64,000 nt of DNA, taken from IMG/VR virus record IMGVR_UViG_3300032516_000001, positions 124,001 through 188,000 of that record; one strand, 5' to 3'. Both the position numbers and the translations under genes were made by a program. A model generated the notes under the pieces. The model made no database searches. It was given only the letters and a program-made list of their open reading frames with translations, and was not told the origin of the DNA. Below, in pieces: positions 27,944 through 37,141 of the stretch; the first letter of the stretch is position 1, and every line of letters begins with the position of its first letter.

Positions 27944-28459
27944 TTACTTTACTGTTGATCTCAATTTCTTCAAAGCCTCTACTCCCTTACTTAAATCATT
28001 CTTGAATATTTTACCCTCACGCAACTTGATATCAGTTTCAGCTTTGTCGGGGGTTATCTTGGATGGAATAAACATCGGTTCCGGCGTCTCATCCGAATGG
28101 TTTGAACGCTCTTGAATTATTATGTGCTTCTCAGTAATTGATTCAGACTTCGGCTTAGATTCAATTTTAAGTAGAATATTTGCCAGCAGTGATTTAATTT
28201 CGTCCATATCTTTATGAACATCATTCGGAATTTGTGAATTATGTGGTTCCGATTTAGGTTTGACAAATGGCCATATTGGCATGACGTTCATTTCTCGAAT
28301 TTTATCTATTCGAATTAAATCACAGTTAGCAATAAGATCCTTAGACCTATCAGCAGTATTGGCATCTACGATAGCACTGCTACCTTTTCCAGCTAAGCGA
28401 ATACTCAAATCCTCTATTATTACATCAGCATTAACTATGTTTGTGATCCTATATTTCAT
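27944..28459 (-). CDS. Hypothetical protein
   Basis: 171-aa ORF coupled to its neighbours in the operon. Confidence 0.6.
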   Translation of the reverse strand: MKYRITNIVNADVIIEDLSIRLAGKGSSAIVDANTADRSKDLIANCDLIRIDKIREMNVMPIWPFVKPKSEPHNSQIPNDVHKDMDEIKSLLANILLKIESKPKSESITEKHIIIQERSNHSDETPEPMFIPSKITPDKAETDIKLREGKIFKNDLSKGVEALKKLRSTVK

Positions 28460-29121
28460 TCTCCGGCGTACTCTGCGATTATCTCGCCCAATTTTGGAAC
28501 AAAAGTATTCATTATAACTTTATCTAACTGATCCATGAATTTATCGATTATCCCTTGATTATCACCTTGTGGAAGTTGGATTCCGGTTTTTGTTTTTTGG
28601 ACCATTCGTCTTGTAGACACCGACAATTTACCTTCACTCGTTATTCTAGCAGAACGCGGCATAGTAAGAGCAACTTCGTGCTCTAAAGTCCGAATTTCTG
28701 CGGTCTTCTTATGACTTTGTAACTTCTTTCTGGCATCGATAGCGGGCTTTCTGGCGTCCTTTGCAGGCTTATTTTTGCTGACTAACCGCCTAGGTCCATG
28801 GCTACCCCATCCATATGTACGAGCCCTTTCTTCTAATTTCTGCTTGGCTTGCTTTTCAGCCAATTTTTCTTTAGCTATGTCCTGTTCAGTAACTTGATCA
28901 GCTGGGACCATAGCGCCTTCATCTAATATGATTTCAAATTCAACAGTATTACCATATGCATGAGCGAATATTTCATAATTTTTGAGAAATTCTGAATTTG
29001 GAAACCCAGCTGTATCAAGCGTCCTTTTTAATGCGATTAACCCCTCTTTTGCTATGACATCGATCGATTCATCGACGGCTCTGTGCATGGCCGCCCATAA
29101 AGTAGTAGCAATATCATCCAT
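28456..29121 (-). CDS. Hypothetical protein (possible neck/tail-completion)
   Basis: 221-aa ORF between the head-closure-like gene and the actin module. Confidence 0.5.
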   Translation of the reverse strand: MDDIATTLWAAMHRAVDESIDVIAKEGLIALKRTLDTAGFPNSEFLKNYEIFAHAYGNTVEFEIILDEGAMVPADQVTEQDIAKEKLAEKQAKQKLEERARTYGWGSHGPRRLVSKNKPAKDARKPAIDARKKLQSHKKTAEIRTLEHEVALTMPRSARITSEGKLSVSTRRMVQKTKTGIQLPQGDNQGIIDKFMDQLDKVIMNTFVPKLGEIIAEYAGE

Positions 29122-29129
29122 AACTGCCG

Positions 29130-30455
29130 TTAGTAGATTATATTTTCGCCAGTCACACTGCTGCTTCGTAATTCACGCTCATCGGGAATATTCTTTTTCT
29201 CAGTCATCATCGGAGTGGCATCGCCTTCCCCGGGCTTGATGTAGCGCGTACGTGGGAACTCCATAAAATATGGATCCAGAATTGGAACCGTGTATCTGAT
29301 GTCAGGTTCGTCTAAATGGGATATTGTAAAGAATTGTTGTAATTGCATACCACGATTAGTCGGCATGCGTACCGGACCTAATCCGTATCTATCACCATTG
29401 AGTTTGACTATAAAATCTCTCTGTGAAAGCAAGGGAGTCGGAATAGTCCAGGTATCATAAGAATGTGTTAAAGATCTGCCTCTATTACTTTGGGCTATGC
29501 TACGTTCGGCATCATCGGGCGCAATTATAATATCGTATCCTCCATCGTAACCACCTATGATTCCGGTATTGAAGCAAGTGCGGCAGTCACTCTTTGCTTG
29601 TCCATGAGATTCCACGTAGCATCCACATTTTGGTCCAGATGTCTTGCGAATAAATACTTTTACGCGCTCTCCACCCTGATACAGAATCCAATGATTTCTA
29701 CGGATGGCTTCAGCCCAAATATAATCAAGCTTTTCGACTTCTTGACTATTAGTTTTGGCTGCTCGTTCTAATGGCGTTTCAATTAATTGCCGGTTCACAT
29801 CATCATATGCTACAGTAGTTAGCCGATAAAATACCCGCTTAGCTAAATTCGTTCTAACTTCATTCGTTACATATTTATACGTTGCCAAAACCACATCATT
29901 TGATGACTGTGGTAATACTGGTCCAACTGCCTTCTGTGATGCAACATCATAATATGGATAATTTCGTATCTCCACAGCTCCATCGACAGACCAAATTCTT
30001 TCAACAGGCGAATGCACCCCATTTACCGTGACCTGCACATTCAAATCCGTACAATTTGCAGCTCCAATAGATGGGTGTAATATTATTGGCTTGAATTTAG
30101 TACTGAAAATATATTTACCCTCTGGATCAGTCTCCGGCCCCATTTTAGTAAATGAATTAGATACATTTTCTTGGAGAGATAAAACCACTTGAGTCTTGTC
30201 TCTCCAAAACGTGGATCCAACCGGAATATTATTAATCCTGAACCATGGACCGAATTCTGAATCGAAACTTCGATAAATATTTACTCCGAGAACGTTGAAT
30301 TTAGCATTAGCAGATATTTGCCCCGGACATGTCCAACGTATATCTACAGTGCTCTTTTCTGGAACATAAGAAGATATATTGATTGGGGGATGTGGCGAAC
30401 AGGGGTAATCCTGCTCGAGTATGTGCGGATACCGATCTCGTGGTGCGGGAGACAT
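29130..30455 (-). CDS. Probable head-closure/neck protein
   Basis: C.C..C..CF.TG..GGY motif followed by DFIV..NGDRY, as seen in head-tail joining proteins; N-terminal FN3-like strands. Confidence 0.55.
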   Translation of the reverse strand: MSPAPRDRYPHILEQDYPCSPHPPINISSYVPEKSTVDIRWTCPGQISANAKFNVLGVNIYRSFDSEFGPWFRINNIPVGSTFWRDKTQVVLSLQENVSNSFTKMGPETDPEGKYIFSTKFKPIILHPSIGAANCTDLNVQVTVNGVHSPVERIWSVDGAVEIRNYPYYDVASQKAVGPVLPQSSNDVVLATYKYVTNEVRTNLAKRVFYRLTTVAYDDVNRQLIETPLERAAKTNSQEVEKLDYIWAEAIRRNHWILYQGGERVKVFIRKTSGPKCGCYVESHGQAKSDCRTCFNTGIIGGYDGGYDIIIAPDDAERSIAQSNRGRSLTHSYDTWTIPTPLLSQRDFIVKLNGDRYGLGPVRMPTNRGMQLQQFFTISHLDEPDIRYTVPILDPYFMEFPRTRYIKPGEGDATPMMTEKKNIPDERELRSSSVTGENIIY

Positions 30456-30488
30456 ATCTCCCTATAATTCTCTAGTAAGAGGCGAAGA

Positions 30489-30779
30489 TTATTCGGGGCT
30501 AGTTGCTACTTCATCCGGCAATGATACAAAACGTACTTCACCATTTGGTAATACATTTATATTATCAATCTTATCGGCTTTGAACCCGGCCTTCTCTATA
30601 GTCTTCTTTATGAATTGCTCGCGAGACTCATAAAGACCAGCTAACTGAACTTCTAGCCCACGTACTCGTAAAGCAGTGAGTCCCAGCTCTCTGGACCAAT
30701 GAGTGATAGAATGTTCTATCTTGTTCAGATAATCTGTGGATTCTGGATCTAAATTGAATGAATGGCTAGTAGCGTCCAT
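30489..30779 (-). CDS. Small coiled-coil hypothetical protein
   Basis: 96-aa ORF; TAAAGT 6 nt upstream of ATG. Confidence 0.6.
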   Translation of the reverse strand: MDATSHSFNLDPESTDYLNKIEHSITHWSRELGLTALRVRGLEVQLAGLYESREQFIKKTIEKAGFKADKIDNINVLPNGEVRFVSLPDEVATSPE

Positions 30780-30797
30780 CTATTGACTTTACTGTTG

Positions 30798-31178
30798 TTA
30801 CACTTCTTCCGTATCGGTATCTATGTCATCTTCGATAGCAGCTTGGTCATTGACAGCCAATTCCATATTAACAGCTTTGACCCGGGCAACGGTAGATTGT
30901 AAATCGAATTCCTCGGCAACTATCGTCATACCATTCTGTATAGCGGCAATTAGTTCACTCTGTATTTTCTTTTCCAATGCTTCTTTCGCAGCATTACCTT
31001 CAAAGTCAACAGTTATTGATAAGTCGATATGAGCTGAATATTCAGTTCTAGGGGTGGTAAAATCAGCCTTTGGCTTAGAAACACGTTTTGGCTTCTTAGT
31101 ATTCTTGGTATCTTTCTTACGCCTAGCCGCTTCAACACTAACAGAAGCTATGCGTTCAGCCAAAACCTTAAAATCCAT
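30798..31178 (-). CDS. Hypothetical protein starting with the LAERIA tag
   Basis: MDFKVLAERIAS followed by a basic patch. Confidence 0.6.
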   Translation of the reverse strand: MDFKVLAERIASVSVEAARRKKDTKNTKKPKRVSKPKADFTTPRTEYSAHIDLSITVDFEGNAAKEALEKKIQSELIAAIQNGMTIVAEEFDLQSTVARVKAVNMELAVNDQAAIEDDIDTDTEEV

Positions 31179-31204
31179 ACCAACCTATTTCAATGAACGG
31201 CTTA

Positions 31205-31495
31205 TTATTCATTCATAGTTATGTAGACTGTCCACAATGCCTTAAGTTCGTTTATAGCATTTCTAATCTCAGGGATATTTGGCATGTCTGGAGTTCCGAC
31301 CTCTATTATTTCTCCTAAGTGATCATCAAATATAAATTTGGATAACACTCTCCTACGATCATCCGCATGATATCTTATAAATAAATCGGCATGCTTATAT
31401 GTAGATTCAGGGTTCCCCTCCATAAGTTCAATAACATATAGACCGATAAATCTTCGCCAAACGTGCGGTTCGAATCTTTGGTGTCTAGTACACAT
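31205..31495 (-). CDS. Hypothetical protein
   Basis: 96-aa ORF overlapping the purB stop. Confidence 0.45.
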   Translation of the reverse strand: MCTRHQRFEPHVWRRFIGLYVIELMEGNPESTYKHADLFIRYHADDRRRVLSKFIFDDHLGEIIEVGTPDMPNIPEIRNAINELKALWTVYITMNE

Positions 31496-32801
31496 CTATA
31501 TCTTCGATGATTTTATCGACATGTCGTAGTGCATATTTGGTCGAACAACGAGATGCTAAATCATCTTTATTGAGTTTTCCGTCGGATATCAACTCACGTA
31601 CTTTAGAATGATTAAGTAATACCCCCAATAACTCTCCGATTTGGGTTTTCGATGCTTTTAATACCATCTCTTGAACTATGTCATGCGATTCTTTCCTCGT
31701 TAACCCAGTAGAAATTAGAGTTAACAATATGGTCTCACTACACCAGAAACGACTGTTCACTAGGTTATCTTCAATCTGCTTCTCATCTATCACAAGATTC
31801 TGAATTAGTTTAATAGTTCTATGCAGCATGAATCCAACAGTCGAAGTAATATCCGGAGCTATAAATCTTTCCACCGATGAATGGGATATGTCTCTTTCGT
31901 GCCAGAGTATGCAATTCTCCAAAGCCGGTGCAACTATGCCGCGCACATATCGAGAAAGCCCACAGAGATTTTCACTCAGGATAGGATTCTGTTTGTGGGG
32001 CATTGCACTCGAACCCTTTTGCCCCGACGCAAAACCTTCGTGAATTTCCGATACTTCACTGCGCTGTAGATGTCTAACATTAATGGCTAATCGTTCGATA
32101 GCAACCGCGATCAATGATAATGTCATGAAGAATGCAGCATATCTATCACGGGCGATGACTTGAGTAGATCCAATTGCTGGGTTGAGCCCTAACGTTTCTA
32201 GGGCTATACGTTCAATTTTAGGATCAAGATGGGCATAAGTACCAACAGCACCGGATAATTTACCGACCGCAAAATCTGTCTTAGTATTCTCCAATCTCAA
32301 TATATTGCGTTTGAATTCAGCCAAATGTCTAGCCAACATAAGCCCAAGAGTGATGGGTTCAGCATGCATTCCATGCGTTCTACCAATCATAGCAATATTG
32401 GATGTTTCTTTAATTTTGTATCTTAAAGCATCAACTATTCCATGGAGATAGTTATTGATTATCCGATACGAGTTCAATAATGCTATTGAGAATGATGTAT
32501 CGACTATATCACTGGACGTAAGACCGTAATGCAGCCATCTGGCATCAGGACCTACCTTTTCTTCTATATATTGAAGAAATGCAACAAGATCATGCTTAGT
32601 TGTTTCTTCTAATTGTTCAATTTTGGAAATATCTATGATTGATGGTAATTTTGATACAATTTTCTCGGAAGTTCCAACTGGCACAATTCCAGCTGCCTCC
32701 ATGGCTTCACAAGCCATTACCTCAACTGTTAACCAATTCTCATATTTAGTTTTTTGAGACCAAATTACATCAAATTCCGGTAGGGAATAGCGCGAAATCA
32801 T
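31485..32801 (-). CDS. purB: Adenylosuccinate lyase
   Basis: Fumarate-lyase signature GSSAMPHKQNP; TKHD, HYGLTSSD, GRTHGMHAEP, WHERDISHSSVER; 438 aa. Confidence 0.95.
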   Translation of the reverse strand: MISRYSLPEFDVIWSQKTKYENWLTVEVMACEAMEAAGIVPVGTSEKIVSKLPSIIDISKIEQLEETTKHDLVAFLQYIEEKVGPDARWLHYGLTSSDIVDTSFSIALLNSYRIINNYLHGIVDALRYKIKETSNIAMIGRTHGMHAEPITLGLMLARHLAEFKRNILRLENTKTDFAVGKLSGAVGTYAHLDPKIERIALETLGLNPAIGSTQVIARDRYAAFFMTLSLIAVAIERLAINVRHLQRSEVSEIHEGFASGQKGSSAMPHKQNPILSENLCGLSRYVRGIVAPALENCILWHERDISHSSVERFIAPDITSTVGFMLHRTIKLIQNLVIDEKQIEDNLVNSRFWCSETILLTLISTGLTRKESHDIVQEMVLKASKTQIGELLGVLLNHSKVRELISDGKLNKDDLASRCSTKYALRHVDKIIEDIDVY

Positions 32802-32814
32802 ATCATAACATACA

Positions 32815-33240
32815 TCAGATAAGTTTTTTGGCTATACGAGCGAGATGATCTTCCCCATGATTAAGAGCGAACGCTATCGCCATGCCATCTTCTCTACGGG
32901 ATTTGGGTAAAACATGATTAATAAATTCATCTGGCGGCTTCACATCGTGTGCTTCAAGATAATGGGCGAATCCTTGAGGCCAAACATAGGTTCCATCAGA
33001 CAGGCAACATGATCCGTTTCTTTGCCCACAGAATCTGCAACTTGACCACCCACGCCATCTAGCTACAACTCTTCCCTCATTTAGGTGCTGTATTATCGCA
33101 TTACGTTCTATCTGATCCCAATTCGGATCAACAAAGTTATGTGGATCAGGTAAATCGGCTTGATGTTTATTGTACCAATAGCCGATAGCTCGCATTCCGC
33201 GAGCCTCGACCGGACTATCAGGGTGTTCGTCTAATATCAT
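32815..33240 (-). CDS. Conserved-type hypothetical metal-binding protein
   Basis: CRFCG..NGS..LSDG.Y.WP.GFAHY...H motif. Confidence 0.6.
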   Translation of the reverse strand: MILDEHPDSPVEARGMRAIGYWYNKHQADLPDPHNFVDPNWDQIERNAIIQHLNEGRVVARWRGWSSCRFCGQRNGSCCLSDGTYVWPQGFAHYLEAHDVKPPDEFINHVLPKSRREDGMAIAFALNHGEDHLARIAKKLI

Positions 33241-33548
33241 GGCGGTGGGATATTACAAACAGTTTCGATTTCTTCACACGTTGTAATTTGTGTCAAGCAA
33301 TCGGTATTCCAATATACACCGTTGTCATGCTGATAAATGCAAAATTCCTCACAGCTGATAGTCCCGCCATCAGCTGTGATCACAGGCTGAGATTCTTCAC
33401 ATGGTCCACCATCGGGGGCAATGATAGCCATGTGCGCGCAAGCTTCACCACATTTCTCAGCTCCGGGTACAGGGGTGACATGCGGCTCAGGTTCTCCGCT
33501 TCCACCACAACAACTGCAGATTATGACTAATGCCCATGCGTATTTCAT
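33237..33548 (-). CDS. Cys-rich lipoprotein
   Basis: MKYAWALVIICSCCGG signal and lipobox; regularly spaced Cys; ATGA overlap with the peptidase stop. Confidence 0.65.
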   Translation of the reverse strand: MKYAWALVIICSCCGGSGEPEPHVTPVPGAEKCGEACAHMAIIAPDGGPCEESQPVITADGGTISCEEFCIYQHDNGVYWNTDCLTQITTCEEIETVCNIPPP

Positions 33549-34408
33549 GCTAATGCTCCTTTGGTAAGTACCCAAAAAGATTTTGTTCCTGAATAGTTGA
33601 TAATATAATCGGTGTGCATCCAGACGTAACCTTGATCACCCCAATATTTACTCCAAGAATTTCGTACCTTGAACGCAGATTTAGCTTGGGACCAACCCAC
33701 GATGACCATCGCATGTCGACCAACAATAGGAGTACTGGGCTTATGGGCAATACCAGATTTATAAGCCATGAAGGCTTCATCTACATCGGTACCAAAGATG
33801 ACACTATGACGAGCCGCCAAAGCCTGAAGGATTAATTGTAGTCTGTCATTTCCTGTTTCTTTAATAGAATAAAATGCAGCGTATGTGTGCGCAAAAGCTT
33901 CTCTATAAGACATTAAGGAAGGCCTGTGAGCAGCATTATCAGCAATATATGGCCACCGAACTTCAGTACAAATACCATGACGCAGCATGCCATCAAGGAT
34001 AAGCCGGTTGTAGCAACCGGATGAAGCATTATAACCCTGAGGTGGATCTATCAATTGTCGCCCATTGAACCAAGCGAACATGCGAGAAAGATCTGGAGTA
34101 GTACTAACTGCCTGACTCAGAGTCATCCCATCATCTATTTTGCCTATGATAACTTGGGATTCCCCCGCGTCAACTGCTGCATTAGCAGTACACGACGGAA
34201 ATGATAACTGGTCCGAGATAGGGCGGTAAAACGAAGACACGTCCATTTCGTTCTGGACTGCGCCTCCTAAAACGAGTAATTTTGAATCTTTAGCTAATGA
34301 AAGATCTTTTTTTCCTATGTCCGGTAGATCATCTATCCAACCGAACCGCGGGATCAATCGAATCTGTGTTACATTTGTCAGTGTGATCATGGTGTTGCCT
34401 AATTTCAT
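33545..34408 (-). CDS. Papain-family (C1) cysteine peptidase
   Basis: DQ..FPSCTANA (catalytic Cys), GRHAMVIVGW (His), VRNSW...WGD.GY (Asn); the start may be TTG at 34357. Confidence 0.9.
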   Translation of the reverse strand: MKLGNTMITLTNVTQIRLIPRFGWIDDLPDIGKKDLSLAKDSKLLVLGGAVQNEMDVSSFYRPISDQLSFPSCTANAAVDAGESQVIIGKIDDGMTLSQAVSTTPDLSRMFAWFNGRQLIDPPQGYNASSGCYNRLILDGMLRHGICTEVRWPYIADNAAHRPSLMSYREAFAHTYAAFYSIKETGNDRLQLILQALAARHSVIFGTDVDEAFMAYKSGIAHKPSTPIVGRHAMVIVGWSQAKSAFKVRNSWSKYWGDQGYVWMHTDYIINYSGTKSFWVLTKGALA

Positions 34409-34811
34409 CTCTAACTTGCATCAACAGCTTACCAAGCCAGTTCTTGCCCCTACCCCCAACCTTACCCCATGTAGTGTCGCCCCAAGTATTTCCCTCTATT
34501 AACGTAGCATTGCCCGTAGCCAGGAGTTTGTCTCGTAATTCTGGTATAGCGAATTTGATCCGAAGAATATCTAACATAATATTTATCTTGATAAATTCCC
34601 AGTCTGGCCGTAACGTAACTTCCTTGCCCATTCGTTTTGCCTTGCCAGGGCTAGAAGCGAAACGGATTTGTCGCCGTTCATTCTCATTCAATGTCTTGGC
34701 CGCCTGAAATACGTGCTCACTCGAATCATAAGTATGCCCATCATACGCAATTTTACACAAATGAAAATTACTTAGGAATTCATATTCATCATCAAACCTG
34801 TCAATAATCAT
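34329..34811 (-). CDS. NADAR (YbiA-like) family protein
   Basis: FLSNF, SEH.FQA.K, LLATG...LIE.N.W.D..WG, G.NWLGKLLM.VR. Confidence 0.92.
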   Translation of the reverse strand: MIIDRFDDEYEFLSNFHLCKIAYDGHTYDSSEHVFQAAKTLNENERRQIRFASSPGKAKRMGKEVTLRPDWEFIKINIMLDILRIKFAIPELRDKLLATGNATLIEGNTWGDTTWGKVGGRGKNWLGKLLMQVRDEIRQHHDHTDKCNTDSIDPAVRLDR

Positions 34812-35008
34812 ATGCGCATGACCTCGAATGCTAGAGCTTCTTCTTTGGTAACTTCAGATATGATTTCGGAAATCTTGCTGCGCCTACGGACATCTTTGGC
34901 GCATTCATCACAACAAATTACAATCCGCTTCAGATCGTATCCACTCAAGAAATAGGTAGTAGGTATGTCTCCACAAAATTCACAAGTATTGAAATCAGCA
35001 AATCTCAT
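34808..35008 (-). CDS. Small Zn-finger protein, EVM-tag family
   Basis: CEFC..CCDEC; ends TKEEALAFEVMRI. Confidence 0.7.
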   Translation of the reverse strand: MRFADFNTCEFCGDIPTTYFLSGYDLKRIVICCDECAKDVRRRSKISEIISEVTKEEALAFEVMRI

Positions 35009-35289
35009 TCTGTCATTATTTCTTCAACAAGTTCGTCATCAAATGAAATGGTAGCATACTTAATAGAACCTTTCCCGTAAAGACCACAATTACTTTTGAT
35101 CAACTCTTTCAATCGTTTAACCGCGTCTTCTTCAGTCTCACCTGCAGAACGAAGTTGTGGGTTTGCGATACACACAGCTATGAACGGTTTTCCACTAGCT
35201 ATTGCAGTGGATATAGCGAAAGCATCGATAGGATCATGTGCACTATAACTAGCATTCATTATAACTATCGGAATTCTTGGGTATTTCAT
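35005..35289 (-). CDS. Small HicB-like fold protein, EVM-tag family
   Basis: AGETEEDAVKRL resembles HicB; ends DDELVEEIMTE. Confidence 0.55.
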   Translation of the reverse strand: MKYPRIPIVIMNASYSAHDPIDAFAISTAIASGKPFIAVCIANPQLRSAGETEEDAVKRLKELIKSNCGLYGKGSIKYATISFDDELVEEIMTE

Positions 35290-35528
35290 TCGGACATCAC
35301 CTCTGTAACCACGACTTCTTCTTCGGATGAATCGTCAAAATTCTGTGCAAGTTCGCACAATCTAAAATTGTAACATGAATCACAAACAGCAATTATCTTT
35401 CCGCTAATAACATTTTTTAGAAATCTGTCTGATGGTCTCATACAGTATCTACATTCTCTATTATGAGCGGAGAAATGAATTGGAAATGAATTCAAATAGT
35501 TACTCGCTATCTGTTTTAGGTTGGACAC
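35286..35528 (-). CDS. Small Zn-finger protein, EVM-tag family
   Basis: CRYC..VCDSC; ends SEEEVVVTEVMSE. Confidence 0.7.
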   Translation of the reverse strand: MSNLKQIASNYLNSFPIHFSAHNRECRYCMRPSDRFLKNVISGKIIAVCDSCYNFRLCELAQNFDDSSEEEVVVTEVMSE

Positions 35529-36088
35529 GGGAAATGTTTTCGTATTAGTTGCACTACTTCATCATACATCACGGGATAGAAATCCCAGGCGTCCACTCCA
35601 ACATGAATCATATTCTCGAACACCTGTTGGTTCTTGTGCGTATGACCATGGATTAAGATTTCGCCTTTCCTCCGTTCGGGTCGCTTTTCTAAAAATCTAT
35701 CATCCTCCCCTTTATTGTGTTCGACACCCGCATACGGATAATGACAAAAACGACAAATCCGACCGGCTATGGTCAAAGAGGCGCTATCCATGATTAGCGC
35801 AAAGCCTAAATCGGTCATAGACTTAACGCTTCTATCGTGGTTTCCCGGTATAAGGAATTTTATACCGTTCATCTGTCTTACAATTTCTCTGGCTCTTTCT
35901 TTATGACAGAGGAAAACGTCACCAAGCCAGAGAACGATATCGCTCATTCCTATTCGCTCATTATATCTACGGACAAGCTCCACATCCATTTCGTCAACGG
36001 AGTTAAATGGCCGATTCGCTAACTTACAAATATCCGTACGAGAGCTTTTGTGTCCAAAATGCGGATCACTATAATATGCGGTTATCAC
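35516..36088 (-). CDS. Calcineurin-like metallophosphoesterase
   Basis: SDPHFGH, LGD, GNHD and HGHTH motifs. Confidence 0.92.
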   Translation of the reverse strand: MITAYYSDPHFGHKSSRTDICKLANRPFNSVDEMDVELVRRYNERIGMSDIVLWLGDVFLCHKERAREIVRQMNGIKFLIPGNHDRSVKSMTDLGFALIMDSASLTIAGRICRFCHYPYAGVEHNKGEDDRFLEKRPERRKGEILIHGHTHKNQQVFENMIHVGVDAWDFYPVMYDEVVQLIRKHFPCPT

Positions 36089-36117
36089 AAATGACCATAC
36101 ATTCGATATTTAAAAAT

Positions 36118-36321
36118 TTACGACAACATGACCTGTAATACTATGAATTCTTCAATTGAAACAGCCCGCCTCTGGTAACAAAAACTCCCAAGACCAATAT
36201 TATCATAATCTTTGTGATCGTCACAAACTGGTATGCACTTTATCTTGGTATTAACCGGATCGATATAAAATAGTATTACTTGGGTAGCGTCATTCGCACA
36301 TACAGCCATATCACATTTCAT
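36118..36321 (-). CDS. Small Zn-finger protein, EVM-tag family
   Basis: C...VC..VCDDH; ends SIEEFIVLQVMLS. Confidence 0.7.
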   Translation of the reverse strand: MKCDMAVCANDATQVILFYIDPVNTKIKCIPVCDDHKDYDNIGLGSFCYQRRAVSIEEFIVLQVMLS

Positions 36322-36566
36322 TGAGCCATTACCTGCAAAACTTCATATTCATCAAGTGATAAATCCTGTTTGTAGGAAAAGGGCCATGGAATTTGGAAAT
36401 TCCTATGCTCATCGCATACAAAATATTGACCCCAATAAGGGCCAAGAGTCGACTCTTGTCTAAAAAAGATGACCCTTGTGACTTTGCCGTTACATTCTAC
36501 TTTTCTTCCATCCTGTGTCATTGTTGTGCACACAACATGATTTGTGTAAAAATTTATTAACTCCAT
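36318..36566 (-). CDS. Small Zn-finger protein, EVM-tag family
   Basis: VCDEH; ends SLDEYEVLQVMAQ. Confidence 0.7.
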   Translation of the reverse strand: MELINFYTNHVVCTTMTQDGRKVECNGKVTRVIFFRQESTLGPYWGQYFVCDEHRNFQIPWPFSYKQDLSLDEYEVLQVMAQ

Positions 36567-36567
36567 A

Positions 36568-36843
36568 TCATGGCATCAATCTATGTATTATCCACCAAAA
36601 TACACCATCGAATACACGAACAAATATACTAGGTTTCTTGACATCACGATCTTGAACGATTTGCTTTATTGTACGACGCTTAGCAATCCAATTGCCATAT
36701 TCTACCGGCGTCATACCAAGATATTCATATAATGTAACGTCAGATTTCTCAAATCTATCGTGCCAATTCGCAATCCACCCGTCTATATCGTCCTCATGAA
36801 GGTCGCCAAGAACATAACCTTCCATGAAAGTTGGGTGCTGCAT
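36568..36843 (-). CDS. Hypothetical protein
   Basis: DDIDGWIANWH..LYEYLGMT..EY..W pattern, common in phage small proteins. Confidence 0.65.
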   Translation of the reverse strand: MQHPTFMEGYVLGDLHEDDIDGWIANWHDRFEKSDVTLYEYLGMTPVEYGNWIAKRRTIKQIVQDRDVKKPSIFVRVFDGVFWWIIHRLMP

Positions 36844-36865
36844 AATCTAAATTTACATATAAAGT

Positions 36866-37141
36866 TTATTTCTTACACAAATCGGCACAATGATCGGCTA
36901 GGCGTTTCCCGTAATTTGGATCACCAACGATTTCACCTTTCTTAATGTCACCCTCAGTTATTGGTGGAAGATTTTGCTTGGCACGTTCTGCATTCACCGT
37001 CTCGAGCATCAATGAACGCTCATGCTTGATCCAAGCTGGAGTGTTAGTACCGTCGTCATCAATCATGTGCTGGTACTTATCACGGTCTGCGCTTGCAGTC
37101 CATAATGCGTTGTAGAATCTCGCTGATAGTATATTGTTCAT
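36866..37141 (-). CDS. Hypothetical protein
   Basis: GAGGA ribosome-binding site 4 nt before ATG 37141 (MNNILSARFYNALW...YGKRLADHCADLC). Confidence 0.6.
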   Translation of the reverse strand: MNNILSARFYNALWTASADRDKYQHMIDDDGTNTPAWIKHERSLMLETVNAERAKQNLPPITEGDIKKGEIVGDPNYGKRLADHCADLCKK

